A stretch of DNA of 64,000 bases from Felis catus (taxonomy: Eukaryota), in contig NC_058368.1 of the NCBI RefSeq assembly GCF_018350175.1, positions 33,730,001 through 33,794,000 of the forward strand, read 5' to 3'. The number at the start of each line of letters is the position of its first letter. Within the stretch, counting starts at the first letter, position 1. Both the position numbers and the translations under genes were made by a program. The notes under the pieces were generated by a model. The model made no database searches. It worked only from the letters and a program-made list of their open reading frames with translations, and was not told the origin of the DNA. Below, in pieces: positions 1 through 12,532 of this stretch.

Positions 1-52
1 AAAAATAAATGAATGTAAAAAAATGTTTTTAATAAAAAGAAAAGAAAGAAAA
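1..52 (+). mobile_element. A-rich 3' tail of a Can-SINE that begins upstream of the window
   Basis: AAAAATAAATGAATGTAAAAAAA resembles the Can-SINE terminus (AAAAATAAATAAACGTTAAAAAA) seen in other copies here. Confidence 0.55.
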
Positions 53-99
53 ATGTAGATTGAACAATAAGAAAGCAGGATTTCATGTCCTTGATATGG

Positions 100-230
100 G
101 AAGAATTTTAAAACCTGACAATATTAAGTGTTGGGAGGGATCTAGAACAAAAGCAACTTTCATATACTGATGGAACTGAATTGGGAAAATGACAGTTAAA
201 TTTTAGGATGGACTCTTGACACCTTTTATG
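100..230 (+). mobile_element. Old L1 (L1M) 3'-region fragment
   Basis: CTGACAATATTAAGTGTTGG...GAACAAAAGCAACTTTCATATACTGATGG resembles the L1 ORF2 C-terminal/3' consensus. Confidence 0.5.
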
Positions 231-1724
231 TATGCACTATAATATTATAGACTGTAGCCACCATGCTGAACATCACAGCCAATTTCAGAAGCTTGGCAGG
301 TTTCCAAAATTCATATACCGAGATGCTTTTCTGGAACTTAATTCTTGCTAATAAAAATATTACTTGGTAGTGGTAACTTAAACTATGATTTTCCTCCCAA
401 GGAATGGTATTATTCAGAATATCATGTGCCAAAACTATTCAAAACCATTTATTGAGCACGGACAGCGAACCAGGAACTATGGCTTATTCCTGGAAAATGA
501 AGACATAACTACCTAAAGCCTACTTTCCCCTCAAGGGCATATTTAAATACCAATTACCAGACAGGGTAGCAATTTCTTAAACTGATATTAATGTAATGAT
601 AACAGAGAGAAAAGGAGGTCAGTGCAAGTGTAGTTTTCCAGTATAGTCCCGCACTGCGTTTGCTGTTTAAACATGCAGCCTGGTCCAAAATAGATGAAAC
701 TATGGTTTCCAAAGGAAGTAAGGCCACATTAGTCCTTTGGTGCCACATCAGGAAGTATCGGTTTTATCCACCAGAAAATGAATTGCCTAAGGCAATATGC
801 ACTGTCGTATAAAAAAGCATTTGCCTAAGAAAATATAAAATTAAATATTTAAAAATACAGATGTACTTCTAGCTTATTATCAATTTATTTTCAACAATGG
901 CAATATTGTAATTCTATTAAAATTTTTAACGTATATTTTGATTTCCTTTACTGGAAATTATCTTCTAGACTTGTTCACATTTAGCTCCTCCAACATTTCC
1001 AAGAATAGTTTTTATTCTTTTTAAAAATTAATTGCAAGAATCATTATTTCTGAGTGAGATTGCTAATTATAACACTTCCTTTAAAAATGTGCATCCGATT
1101 CTAGTTTTTGAAGAAATGTTCTCAACTATAAAAGAAAATCTTTTATGCATTTTGTTTGAACTGATCAATCACATTAAAATATAATTACCATACTTTAATT
1201 TGTTTTTTAACAACTTTGAGTCACTTCCCACTACCAGGCTATCTTTTGGTCTAGCTCTCGTTTTTAGACATTTTAACTGAATTACATTTTTTTAAAATAC
1301 TTTTGTCTCCAGCCATGTCTTTACACTGCTTTTAGTCACAGTCTTCAAATCATAAACTTCTTATTTTAGATTTTGTTTGTAGGGATTATAGCGTTCAGAT
1401 GTCAGGAAACAATTCACTCTTGACGGTTTTGTTACCACATACTGAAGATTGTCTTTGTGCTTCAGACATCTTTTTGTACATTTCCACATTAAATTGCTTT
1501 TTTCTGTTTCCGTATCATTTCGTCCTTTTCCACTGGTATTCTGTAATCTTGTCACTGACAATCAGCTATAGCCTTTAACTTTATCGGAAACATCACCTCA
1601 CACATTGGCATGAATTTTCTTTCACATTTTAATTCTACGCGCAGCAAACAATTTTGAATATCTTCTACTTAGTGAAGTAGATGTGTCTTGAGCTCTAAAT
1701 TCTTCCGCATTCTGTCATGTCACC

Positions 1725-1860
1725 TTGGGGAAGTGACCTAATTTCAGTATTTCAGCTTCCACATGGTACGATAGCAGGGAGATAAAAAAGGGCACATAGG
1801 AGCTGTGAAGATAATAAGTGCATCGCTCTGTGCCAATGTGAAGTGTGGTAGGAATAGGGC
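1725..1860 (+). mobile_element. MIR fragment
   Basis: GTCACCTTGGGGAAGTGACCTAAT...CAGCTTCC...GCTGTGAAGAT, a degenerate MIR core. Confidence 0.5.
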
Positions 1861-2239
1861 AAAAATGAAATACTACGTCTTTTCGTTTCATTCTCGCGTT
1901 CTCATGAACGTATCTTGCCAATGTGGTGCTCCGCCCTCAAGTGGACATAATATTGCTTTGCCAGCAAACACTTAAGCTGATAGCAACTAAGGAGCTATTT
2001 TATTAAGAGTCTTAGGCCTGTAGGAAAGGGAAACAAAATGAGAGCTTGGCAGAATGTAGGGAAAAATAAATATATTTTTTTCTCTAACTAGGAAGGAACA
2101 TAGTAGCCTACGTAACTTGCCATAAAGTAGAAAGGAAAGTAAGAGATGTGCATTTATTTGTTTATTTGTAAAGCAATGTTCTGTGTTATACAAAGAAAAG
2201 GTTTGGGATTCGTACTGATCTAAGTTTAAAGCATCACTG

Positions 2240-2410
2240 AGTCACTCCCTGGTTTTATTAAATGAACTTTCATTGGGCACTCTGAGACTCCATTTCAACA
2301 CTATAAAATGGGGATTAAGATACAGCACTCAGATATTTGTAAGAATTAAAAATAACAAAAGCACTTAATGCCATAATTGGCTCATGGTTAGTATCTCCTA
2401 AATGGTAGTT
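2240..2410 (+). mobile_element. MIR fragment
   Basis: CTCTGAGACTCCATTTC...CTATAAAATGGGGATTAA...TTGTAAGAATTAAA, MIR core and 3' end. Confidence 0.55.
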
Positions 2411-5400
2411 TTTTTTTTAATCTGTGTAAGTGTGCACACTTGATTGAAAACTGTTACAATGGAACCTATACTAAAACTTAAGTATTTGAACATGCAATAT
2501 AAATATTCAAGTACCAAAAATGTGTGTGTATATATATACATATATACATATATATGCCTGAATTTTATACATTTACTAGTATAAACTAATGGGTTCTAAT
2601 TTCAAAAAAAAAGTATTAATTCTGCTCAACTTTCTGTTACCCATCACCTTCTAAAAGATGGTCATTATTAATGCTTGTAACATCTGGTTTATACTTTTCT
2701 GATCCTATCTTTGGATGTTAATAAAGGTATTGCCACAATTTCTTGACAAAACATATTTGATCAGGACCAAAACCACACTAGGAATTTCTAACATTTCAGT
2801 ATTTCCAACAAGCAGTTGCAAATCCATATTGTTTTAGCCTCAATCACCTTCTTTCCAATATTAGTGTCTTAATACATTAATTTCGTTTGTAGAACATTTC
2901 AGTGTTTGTTCCCTTCTGCAACAACCTAATGAACTGCTCCTGAATGTTGCTCTCAAAAGCAACTAGAAAAGGAAAGACACCTGTAAATACTCATGGCAAA
3001 TTTCAGTGACTTTAGAACAGCCTTATGAAATGAGTAAGCAGTCTTTTGGTGAGAGCCTCCTTCTGGAATCAAACATCTCCCAATATACTCTTGGCCAGGT
3101 GATCTGCTCACAGACATCTGATCTTGGTCTCTTGTGCAAATCCTACCATTCCTATGATTTGCATTCACACTTTAATTTAAAGCACTACTCAAGGTTCAGT
3201 AAATATTTATTTAGAATACTGTGTGTGTGTGTGTGTGCGTGTGTGCGTGTGATTGCAATGAAAGCAAAATCAAACTAGATTGGAGAGAATTTAAGAGAGT
3301 TTTTACTTACTTATACTTTACTTAAAAAATTAGCCAGTCCTACTTACAGGTAACAAGAATTTCTAAATGAATTGTACTTCTCTGTCTTCATTTTTACATA
3401 CACAGAATTAAGAGATAATAACATTATGGGGTCATAATTATGGACCAAGTATAATTAGCTTTTCCTCTTAGGGTTGATTTTTGTTGGCTAACAAAAAAAA
3501 AATCAATTTTCAATTCAGATAGCACAAAAACAAGGGTTTTCGATATTAGAAATGTAGGCACTGTTTAAATTGAAACAGAGATATTTTCCTTTCGAGAAAC
3601 CAATATGCATATCTCATCTCACAACATCTGCTCTTCTATCAAAAAGGAATGAATAATGTTGAGTTCTCACTCTAGTTTTTTGGAGGTGATATTTTAAATT
3701 TAATCTTTAACATCATTGTCTATAAAACATCTCTCTGTTTCTATCTCCATCTCCCATTCTCTCTGTCTCTCTCTCCTAAATATGCAGACACGCAGTATTT
3801 GGCGTGATGTTTTTCTGTGGCATCTATTCAGTATTATTTCCTTATCACTCTCTTCTTTTTCTTCTGCCTTAAAAAGAAATGGGTTCTTACAGCTGGGTTG
3901 TAACGCATGCAAAAATACAAGGCTTTCTTTGCCCTTGGAAAAGTGGAAGGGCTTAAGCAGATGTGTCTGGGATAAAAACATATCTTCAAAATTCTAAACG
4001 TTCTTTACAACAGATCTCATAGAGTAACAAACTGCATTATGATGTAGTTCCCCAGGAGAAGTGAAAATTCAGAAAAGCGGATGTCTGCCAGTTACCCAGA
4101 GGATAACTTCAGGTTCCTGAGAAACTTACCTGTAAGATACTAGATGTAAGTTGCAAGAATGACTTCCAAATGCTGTCCTCCTTTCCAAATTAATTATGTA
4201 GAATAAAAAGAAACGTGCTTATCATCTGCCTTAAATTAAGATTCAGGAACATCTAATGTAGCATTCATGATTTATTAGATATTTAGTTTCTATTATGGAT
4301 GATATGTGCTTCATTGTGAATGGCATACAAAGTAATTCTACATAACCCTTGCCACCAAAGGAGTTTAGAATCTAGTTGAGTGTTATTTTAAGATAAAATG
4401 CTAGATGTTAACAAGAAATTGGTAATATTATAATTTTAAATGTTTAATGAATAGCTTTAAGAGCACATATTTATCACCCTTCACCTAGAATTTATCCAGC
4501 ACTGGCTTATATCAGCTCCTCCTTCCACAGCATCCCGTACACCAAAGCACAGTGACTTTTAGAAAAATCTATGACTCTATTATTCACTCTCCTAATGTCT
4601 TTTCTGCACAGGTTTTAGTTCCTCCAACCCCTCATTTCCACACGTTAATTTTATTGGATTTTACTAACGTACAAATCGGTTTTTCAGGGCTATGTAGAGG
4701 ATTTAGAACAAGGACTAATTAAACAGACAAAAGGACCCTTATAACAGCTTTCATCTCTCCTGAATGAGAGGATTAATTTCAACAAATTACAATTGTCTTA
4801 AGAATAATCCACAAAGAACTGCCCTACAAGAGTCTTTAATGATGGAAATTTTTCCTTAGCAATTTGTACTACTTGTTATTTAGATGTTTTTTTTAATTGT
4901 TAAAAAGATTCTCCATGATTCATTATACATAAATTCCAAAATCAATATAATTCAGAGGAAATGCTAATGTGTGTTCTAGCCTATATAGGTCATAATTGTC
5001 ATTCACAAAGCAAAAGTTCTAACTATACATTCTACTCTCTTGTCCATTGAAACATAATAATTTTGACCAATGTTAGTGCTCCATGATGGCTGTGAGTATC
5101 TAGTAAATTCATCCCAGTTTTGCCCCAATGAAGCATCCCATTTATGTCATTTGATGAAATGACACTCTTCCTTCAATACCAAATTGAATTTCCTCCTTGT
5201 TAAGCTTCTTCTTTCTTCTCTCAGCCTTCTATTCATGACATAATTTGGAATATTTATGTGACTCTAAACTAGCACTAAATACATTACAAATGTTGCTATT
5301 ATAGTTTTGTCTTGCAAATACATATTTTATAGTGTAGAACAGTAGGATTTTAAGAAAATTTCCTATCATCATTAAAACAAAGTAATTATGGAGAACCTAT

Positions 5401-5814
5401 ATATTATGATCATTTAAAAAAAAGTCATCAACAGAACTACTCAGAAAAGCAAGACTGAAAAGAATAACAAGCATGATTTTGGCTTTAGAAGTATAATTTA
5501 TTTATCCCAATATAATTTAAAAGTATATGAAATTAAATACAAGTGAGGAACAAGATAGAGGTAATTCTAAATATTTGAGAATGTGTAGGATGAAAAAGAG
5601 TAATGATTGTACAGTCTATTATGAATTTGGGACAAAGTAATATATTAATCAAAATTTTCCATTGTTCATTAATAAAATAATATTTATTGAGCCTGTACCA
5701 GATGTTGCTTTCAATAAATCATTAATTTTATAGAACTGATTCACACTGTAGAGATTTTATTTCAGAAATGGATTAATGAGTAAAAAAAAATCACCTATTT
5801 AAACCTAGTTTTTA

Positions 5815-6051
5815 TTTTATTTATGTTTTTTATTAAAAAAATTTTTTTAACGTTGATTTATTTTTGAGACAGAGAGAGACAGAGCATGAACCGGGGAGGG
5901 TCAGAGAGAGAGGGAGACACAGAATCTGAAACAGGCTCCAGGCTCTGAGCAGTCAGCACAGAGCCTGACGCAGGGCTTGAACTCATGGACCGCGAGATCA
6001 TGACCTGGGCCAAAGTCGGACACTTAACCGACTGAGCCACCCAGGAGCCCC
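5815..6051 (-). mobile_element. Can-SINE (feline SINEC_Fc type), full length
   Basis: tRNA-like head, CT tract and poly-A on the minus strand; 15-bp TSD TAAACCTAGTTTTTA at 5800-5814 and 6052-6066. Confidence 0.97.
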
Positions 6052-6180
6052 TAAACCTAGTTTTTAAAAGGAGATAATTTGAATAGGATATAGTACTACC
6101 ACTAAGGAGTTTATAATTTCTTTAATTCGGGGCAAAGGTGAAAAAATTACATAAAAATTAATATTAAAAAAATAGAGGAT

Positions 6181-6410
6181 GGGGAGCTTGGATAGCTCAG
6201 ACAGTTAAGCGTTCAACTTCAGCTCACGTCATGATCTCACAGTTCATGAATGCGAGCCCCGCTTTGGGCTCTGTGCTGACAGCTCAGAGCCTGGAGCCTG
6301 CTTTGGATTCTGTGTCTCCCTCGCTCTCTGCCCTTACCCTGTTCATGTTCTGTATCTCTCTCTCTCTCAAAAATAAATAAAAATTAAAAATTAAAAATTA
6401 AAAAAAAAAC
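6181..6410 (+). mobile_element. Can-SINE (SINEC_Fc type), full length
   Basis: Head GGGGAGCTTGGATAGCTCAG, CT tract, AATAAA/A tail; AGAGGAT duplicated on both flanks. Confidence 0.95.
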
Positions 6411-6469
6411 ACAAGAGGATCAACTAATAATATAGAGTGAGGAAGATGAAAGCATATGACCTGTAAGGT

Positions 6470-6960
6470 CAATTTATTTATTCAATAAAGATGTATTAAT
6501 AGTGCCAGGCACAGTGACAGACACTAGAAATACGGTGCTTAGTATAAAAGAAAAATCTTTCCCTTCATGGAGCTTGTATTATACCAAAGAAGTATAATGC
6601 ATGGTGTATTAGTGATACATGCTAAGAAAATAAATAAGACAGGTAAAGGAGATAGAAAATGAATTAGATTGGGCTACAGTTTTATAATGTGTGTAGGGAC
6701 AGCCTTACAAATTAGTGTCTTAGGGATAATGACCTGAAGGAGGCAAGGGAAGAAGTCATGAATATATCTAGTGGAAAAATTCAGAAAGTTGTAAATGCAA
6801 GAGTCCTAAGAAAAATGGGATAGGAGGCTGCTGATCCATTTTAGGAGCAGTGCAAATGTGAGTGTAGCTCAAAATTGGAGAGTGAGGGGACAGTTATATG
6901 AGTAAAACGAGTAATATTAGAAAAAAAACTTACAAAAGTTTTTGATCAAGTATTTGAAGC
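6470..6960 (-). mobile_element. L2 LINE 3' fragment
   Basis: TTTATTCAATAAAGATGTATT...GTGCCAGGCACAGTG...CCCTTCATGGAGCTT is the reverse complement of the L2 3' end. Confidence 0.7.
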
Positions 6961-7049
6961 AATGAGATTTCATTTACTGAGATGTGAATTACTCTGAAGG
7001 TAAAGGCTTGATGAGAGGATTAGGAAATGAGGAAAAGAATGACAGGGTT

Positions 7050-7740
7050 CTGTTTCAAGATAATGAAGCAGGAGGCTTCTGAATTCACCTGTGCCCACGG
7101 ATGCATCAAATCTATAGTTACAATGGAGTAATATTCCACTAAAAGAGATCCAGAAACTAGTTGGGTGAGTCATGTGCACGGGGTGAATGAGAAAATACCC
7201 ACATTGACCCGAGTAGGAAAGGCTGAAGAAACACACTCTTGCCATACCACATCCCCAACTCTCAACTTCTCCCTGAGGAGTAAAGGTATTGGATCCAGTA
7301 TCTAGCACTCCAACTTTTAGGATGTCCACCAAAGTAAGAAGCTGGCCCTTAAAACACCTAGCTCTGAAAGCTGACGGGGCTTGCCTCCATGAGACCCACA
7401 AGTTATCAGCAAAGAAAGAAAGTTTTAATCTGCTCCAGAGGACTCTGTGGCCATCCACCACAGAGGTTCAGGCTTAGCACAGAGGGGACCCACAGAAACA
7501 CCCATCTCCCAGTCTTTCCCTGAAAGAAGCCTGTTCACGTACGTCAAAAGCTGCTGCTGGAGGGTTACGCTTCTAATTTAGCACACATCTAGCGCGATTG
7601 TGATTCTCCTGGAAGACCAGAGAGGCCGCGGATGCCATCTCTGCGTTCTCTCTCTGGCCCCCTCCGGGTCACCAGTGTCTTCCTAGAAGGAGCATGTGCA
7701 TACGTTATGTGCCTGGCAATCTTGTAACAAGTCCTCCAAG
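7050..7740 (+). mobile_element. L1 5'UTR-like fragment
   Basis: Begins TTCAAGATAATGAAGCAGGAGG (L1 5'-end-like), locally GC-richer with several CpGs. Confidence 0.5.
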
Positions 7741-7759
7741 TTACTCATGTATGGTATAT

Positions 7760-8910
7760 TTTCAATATGTGGGCAAATTTTAGGAAACGTGGCCTATTAA
7801 AATAATGATAAAATAATGTCTAATTTGTAGGGCTAAAACAAAAAGAAATAAATAAAATACCAGAAAAAGATGACATATTTCTCATGAGATGAGTGAATGG
7901 GTTTGAAGCATATATCCTTTGGGAGTAGTGTAAAGAAAATTATTTAACTTTAAAATTCCGTGTACATTAACATTTTAAGGGTAATCATTAAAGTAATTGA
8001 AATAGAATGCATATATTCCAAACTAATGAGTAAGAAAAAAAGTGATTAAATATCAAGTTACTGGCAACCCAAAGAGAGAGAGAGGATATTCACAATACAC
8101 ATATTGGACAAATTTAGAACATATGAGGTACGCCAGCAAATCAATTAGAAGAAAAGTCAGACGATGGAAACAAAGTGGGAAAAGGGATTTCAAAGGCACT
8201 TCGTAAAAATTAAAAAAGATATTATCAAAACCCCTATAGGTAAAATTATTGTTCACTGACTACCAATAAAATGTCAATTAAAACTGCAAGGCCATCATCT
8301 CAACGCTAGAATGTCTAAAATGAAAGAGATGAAAAAGTGTTGGTAAAGAGGTAGAGCAGCGAGCACTCTGTATGCTCTTAGCCAGTTTGGAAAAGGGATG
8401 ATTTTGCGTGAAGGTATATATCCTTTAATGAAACGTGGACATAGGTTTACCAAAAGGCATATAGTAGCACACGTAGAAGTACCATTCACAACAGTCCCAA
8501 ACTGTTAACTACCCAAATGCCTATCAAACATAGAATGAATAACTCAACTATGGCATATTCACTAATAAAGACATTAGAGCAACAAGAATAGATAATCGAC
8601 CACTTCATAGAAAAATAAAGATGATTCCTATAGAGAAAATCAGACAAAAAAAAAGATACATATTCTTTAAATCTATTTACCTGAAGTACAAAATACCAAA
8701 TCTCATCTGTGCTGCTAGAAATCATATCAGTGGTTCCTCTTTAGTGGCTACAGACTGGACAGGAGCATGAGGGGGTTTCTGGGGTGATGGTAATACTGTG
8801 TTTCTTAATCTGAGTGCTAGACATGTAGATACATTCAATTTGTAAAAAAAATATTGAGTTATATACTTAGGTGCATTTTTGTTTGCGTGTTATACTTTGA
8901 TGAAAAGTTC
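7760..8910 (+). mobile_element. Ancient L1ME-type fragments including a 3' end
   Basis: GGAGCATGAGGGGGTTTCTGGGGTGATGGTAATACTGTGTTTCTTAATCTGAGTG...TTATACTTTGATGAAAAGTT matches L1ME 3'UTR. Confidence 0.75.
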
Positions 8911-9202
8911 TGTTTTTTGTTTTTTGTTTTTTGTTTTTAATTTAAACACATTCCCTTATCAACAAAAAAGAATTCAGGAAAGAAAATAAAAAAGAGAAAC
9001 AACACACATAAAAAGTATTCCAAACATAACAAGCGCCATGGTGAATGTAAATGTATTAACTACTTAGTATATAACAATAGAAACCTAGGCAATTCTTAAT
9101 AAAATATATATGTGTATCGTAAGCCCAAAATAGGGTTGAAAGTAACATAATATAAGATTGTACAAGAAAATCCTAACCAAAATGAAGGTGGTATGACTAC
9201 CT

Positions 9203-9413
9203 CAGGGTTTCTCAACATTGGCACTATTGACATTTGGGACTAGATAAGTCTTTGTTAGGAGAGATTGCCTTTGTAGGTGTTTAGCAACATCCCAGGCCTC
9301 TATGCAGTAGATGCCAGGATCACCACCACTTCCATTGTAATGACCACAAAATGTCTCCAGACATTATAAAATGACCCCTGGATTACAAAGTCACCCCTGG
9401 TTGACAACCAGTG
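9203..9413 (-). mobile_element. MER20 (hAT-Charlie non-autonomous DNA transposon)
   Basis: Terminal inverted repeats (TIRs) CAGGGTTTCTCAAC...GTTGACAACCAGTG; internal GGCACTATTGACATTTGGG and AAAATGTCTCCAGACATT. Confidence 0.85.
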
Positions 9414-9494
9414 GGCTCCCTTAACAGTGTACAAAATAGACTTTAAATAAAAGCTATTAACAGACTTAGGGGTACTCAGTAGCGTTAAAATATT

Positions 9495-9900
9495 TAATTC
9501 ATATTTGTTCCTCAATAAATATGTATTAAGCTTCCACAACATGCTAGACATCAGGGATACAACAGAGAATAAGCAAACAGAATTCGGGTTGTCACGGAAC
9601 TCACAATCTAGTGAAGATCAACAAACAGTAAACAAATAAATAATTCATTGGCAACAGTGAGCAATAAAAGTAAAACACGGCAAGTGGATGGATTTTGATG
9701 TAGTGAAGTGCTATTTTATATAAAGCTCCCAGGGAAGATTTATGTAGTAAGTTGACATCTGAAAACGCACACCAAGTAAAGGTTGTTCTGGAAGAAGGGA
9801 AAGCAAGTGCTTGCACAGAATCCAAGAACCATAGAAAGGACAGTGTGGCTCGAGTAGGGTAATAACAAGGAACTGCAAAAGAAGACAAAGTAGTGTAGCT
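9495..9900 (-). mobile_element. L2 fragment
   Basis: CTCAATAAATATGTATTAAGC...GCTAGACATCAGGGATACAACAGAGAATAAG...CACGGAACTCACAATCTAGTG. Confidence 0.65.
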
Positions 9901-10189
9901 AGTTTGTCAAGGAATTTTGGATTAATTGGATATAATTATTCTAAACACATATGTAGGTAGCTAAAAACAAAGAATGAAAACACATTAAAACATAAAATAC
10001 ATAAAGCTATCAGAATTCCAAACTTATGAAAATACATAACCACATGTGGAGACCTCTCTCAGCAACTAAAATATCAATCTGACAGAACATCAAGGATATA
10101 GAAAAATTGAACAACATAAATAAATGACTAACCTCCTCTAACAGACATAACTCTAAGTTTGAAAATAAACTCTTGTCACCCTGCACTTG

Positions 10190-10850
10190 CTATTTGGTGA
10201 GCAGCATTATCGAACTATTCACATCATCACCGAATTCAGAAACCCAGTTAGTAGAGCTGACGCCTTTATCCACCCCCAACATTTCCCATATTCATGCAAT
10301 CATTGTCTCACGTCTATCTCCAGAACTGCCCTAATAGACTTTCTACCCTCTCCACCTAGGCCGTCCAAGTCCAAGAGTCTCCCCCCACCACTTGCCTACA
10401 ACATAGTTCCTGGAGAGCACAAGCTGTTCTCTTTCAATGCATCCTTCCGGTTACAGAGAAAACCTCTTCAAACACAGCTATGATCATGCAACTTCCATAC
10501 TTAAATCCTTCAACCAACCACAGGATAAAGCCCAAACTTGTGGCAGACTCCCTACCTTACTAAGTCTGGCCAAATCCTCTTCCTTATCTAAGTCTCCGCT
10601 TAAATGTCACTACATCAGAAAGACATCCTTGCCAAACCTTATTTGAAGTCAGTTTTCTTATTCTTCATCTTAGCTTTCGGAATTTCCACTCCTTTTTCTT
10701 TGGGGACATTTTTTTCTTGTTATTTAGGTATTTTAAAAATTAATTATGTAATATCAACTGTTACACCAGACTAAAAATGCTACAACTTTAGGCATGTATT
10801 CTATTTTGTTTATGCCATAAAACTAGCACGATGATTGAATGTATGATCCA
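10190..10850 (+). mobile_element. L2 fragment(s)
   Basis: CAGGATAAAGCCCAAAC, AAGTCTCCGCTTAAATGTCACTACATCAGAAAGACATCCTT, L2 3'-region motifs. Confidence 0.6.
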
Positions 10851-11164
10851 AGATACCCGATCCCATATCACCCTAGCCCCGTTGTGCTCCCACTAATGTC
10901 TCCCATCCTACCAAACCATTATCGTCGTCTCATGCTATTTCACAGCTCTGGGTTTTTGCTCAGGAACCTCACTCCCCTTTCTGTCAAATGCCTTTACTGC
11001 TTCTATGGGTAGTTTGCCACCACCTATACATTTTTTTTTTCAGGAACCAATTAAGAAATGATTAAAGAGATCAAAATGATCTCTTTAATTAAATCATTTT
11101 TTACCCTCCTCTCTTCATTGTACTGCCAGTGGAATGGATGGTATCCACATTTTTGTGCTAAGCT

Positions 11165-11730
11165 TGTATCATTCAGAGTTCATTCTGGGCACAGAAACAC
11201 AGCCGCTACTGCAGCAAAGATAATTTCATGCAGAGATGTGTTAACTAGGTATTGAAGAAATGCAAAGACAAAACAGGCACATGAAGGTATCTCCTTAGGT
11301 AGGCAACAACAGAGAGCAGCTATATCCCTAAGTGCTGGAGGAACAAGAGGAGTTGGAAATTTAAAATCTTAGCCTACTCAGAAGAGGGGCCTTTCATGCT
11401 GAAACTCAGATGTCTGAGGAGAAGGTGCCCCTGCATTGGGTTCCATGGTTCTGGCTTTGTAAGTGTTGTGGAAACTGCTACTAAGGGAGCAAAGTGCCAA
11501 GGTTAGGATAAAGAAGCTCTCTGTTAAGGTGGCGCTGACAGGTATAGGAAACAAACAACAGCAACCAAATGGTGCACAGCCCTTCTCTCTCCTTCACCCT
11601 TTTAGGATCTATCATCTCTTACTGACAGAGACTTAACAGCAAGCTGTCTTGCCAAGGAAAATGTGGTTTACAGAGTCCGCAAGTATAGATGTGTTTAAAG
11701 GAAACAGATAACAATTTAATAACTGGCACA
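11165..11730. mobile_element. Solo LTR (LTR79-like, ERV)
   Basis: TG...CA bounded: TGTATCATTCAGAG...TTAATAACTGGCACA; internal GTTAACTAGGTA and CCCTAAGTGCTGGAGGAACAA. Confidence 0.6.
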
Positions 11731-12061
11731 TGGTTCAATATGCTTTATCGTAGTCATTTTTAATTTACCTTTCATTCATTCACTTATTCAACAATCGTTT
11801 ATTGATAACTCACTCTATGTCAGGTACAGTGATAACCTAGGCAGCTAGACTGATGAATCATAATTAGAGTACTTGTCTTCATGGTGTATTTTTTTTTATT
11901 GTGCTTATTTTTTGAGTTTTCTATTCCACCAAACTCCATGCACTTTTAATCAGAGAACACAAATTTAAAATCTATATTATTTTAAAATATAAAATATTTT
12001 AGATATACAGAATATAATACAATAGGCACCCATGTATGCAGTGACCCTCGTCTCTGGAGAA

Positions 12062-12120
12062 CAGTAGTTCTCAACTGGGGATGATCTGGGCCCCCGCACC
12101 AGGGACATTTGGCAATGTAT
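12062..12120 (+). mobile_element. MER20 5' fragment
   Basis: CAGTAGTTCTCAACTGGGG...CAGGGACATTTGGCAATGT. Confidence 0.75.
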
Positions 12121-12122
12121 AC

Positions 12123-12325
12123 CAAGGGGCAGCAGACTATAACCTGATGGCAAATGATTCCTGCCACCTGTTACCGTAAATACAATTTTATTGGAATATT
12201 GTCACACTGTCCATGGCTGTTTTCATGCTCCACTAGCAGAGGTGTGACAGGGATGGAGACCAAACGGCCTACAGCATCTGAAATATTTATTATTTGTCCC
12301 TTGGGAGAACAAATTTGCCACACTA
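12123..12325 (+). mobile_element. MER58A-like hAT-Charlie element
   Basis: GTAAATACAATTTTATTGGAA...GGCTGTTTTCATGCT...AAATATTTATTATTTGTCCC...AAATTTGCCA. Confidence 0.75.
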
Positions 12326-12328
12326 TAT

Positions 12329-12373
<45 letters not shown>

Positions 12374-12532
12374 TATATATATACACACATATATATACAC
12401 ACACACTATATATACATGTATATATATACATATATACATACTATATATATATATACTATATATTCATACATACTATATATACATACATACATATATATAT
12501 ACATACTATATATATACAATATATACACTACA
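12326..12532. repeat. (TA)n/(TACA)n compound microsatellite, low complexity
   Basis: Directly visible; it is the source of the IY/HT-rich ORFs at 12154-12543. Confidence 0.95.

Noticed and set aside
5858..6040. Recurrent 'MAQSV..LTSAQVMIS..SSSPASGSVLTA.SLEP.SDSVSPSLS' ORFs (also 17395, 54910, 59794, 62642) resembling a gene family
   Set aside because: They are translations of Can-SINE copies, not genes.
6181..6260. tRNA-like A/B box sequences
   Set aside because: These are SINE heads followed by CT tracts and tails; there is no independent tRNA gene.
6970..7461. 163-aa minus-strand ORF
   Set aside because: It overlaps an L1 5'UTR-like relic and has no recognisable domain or exon context.
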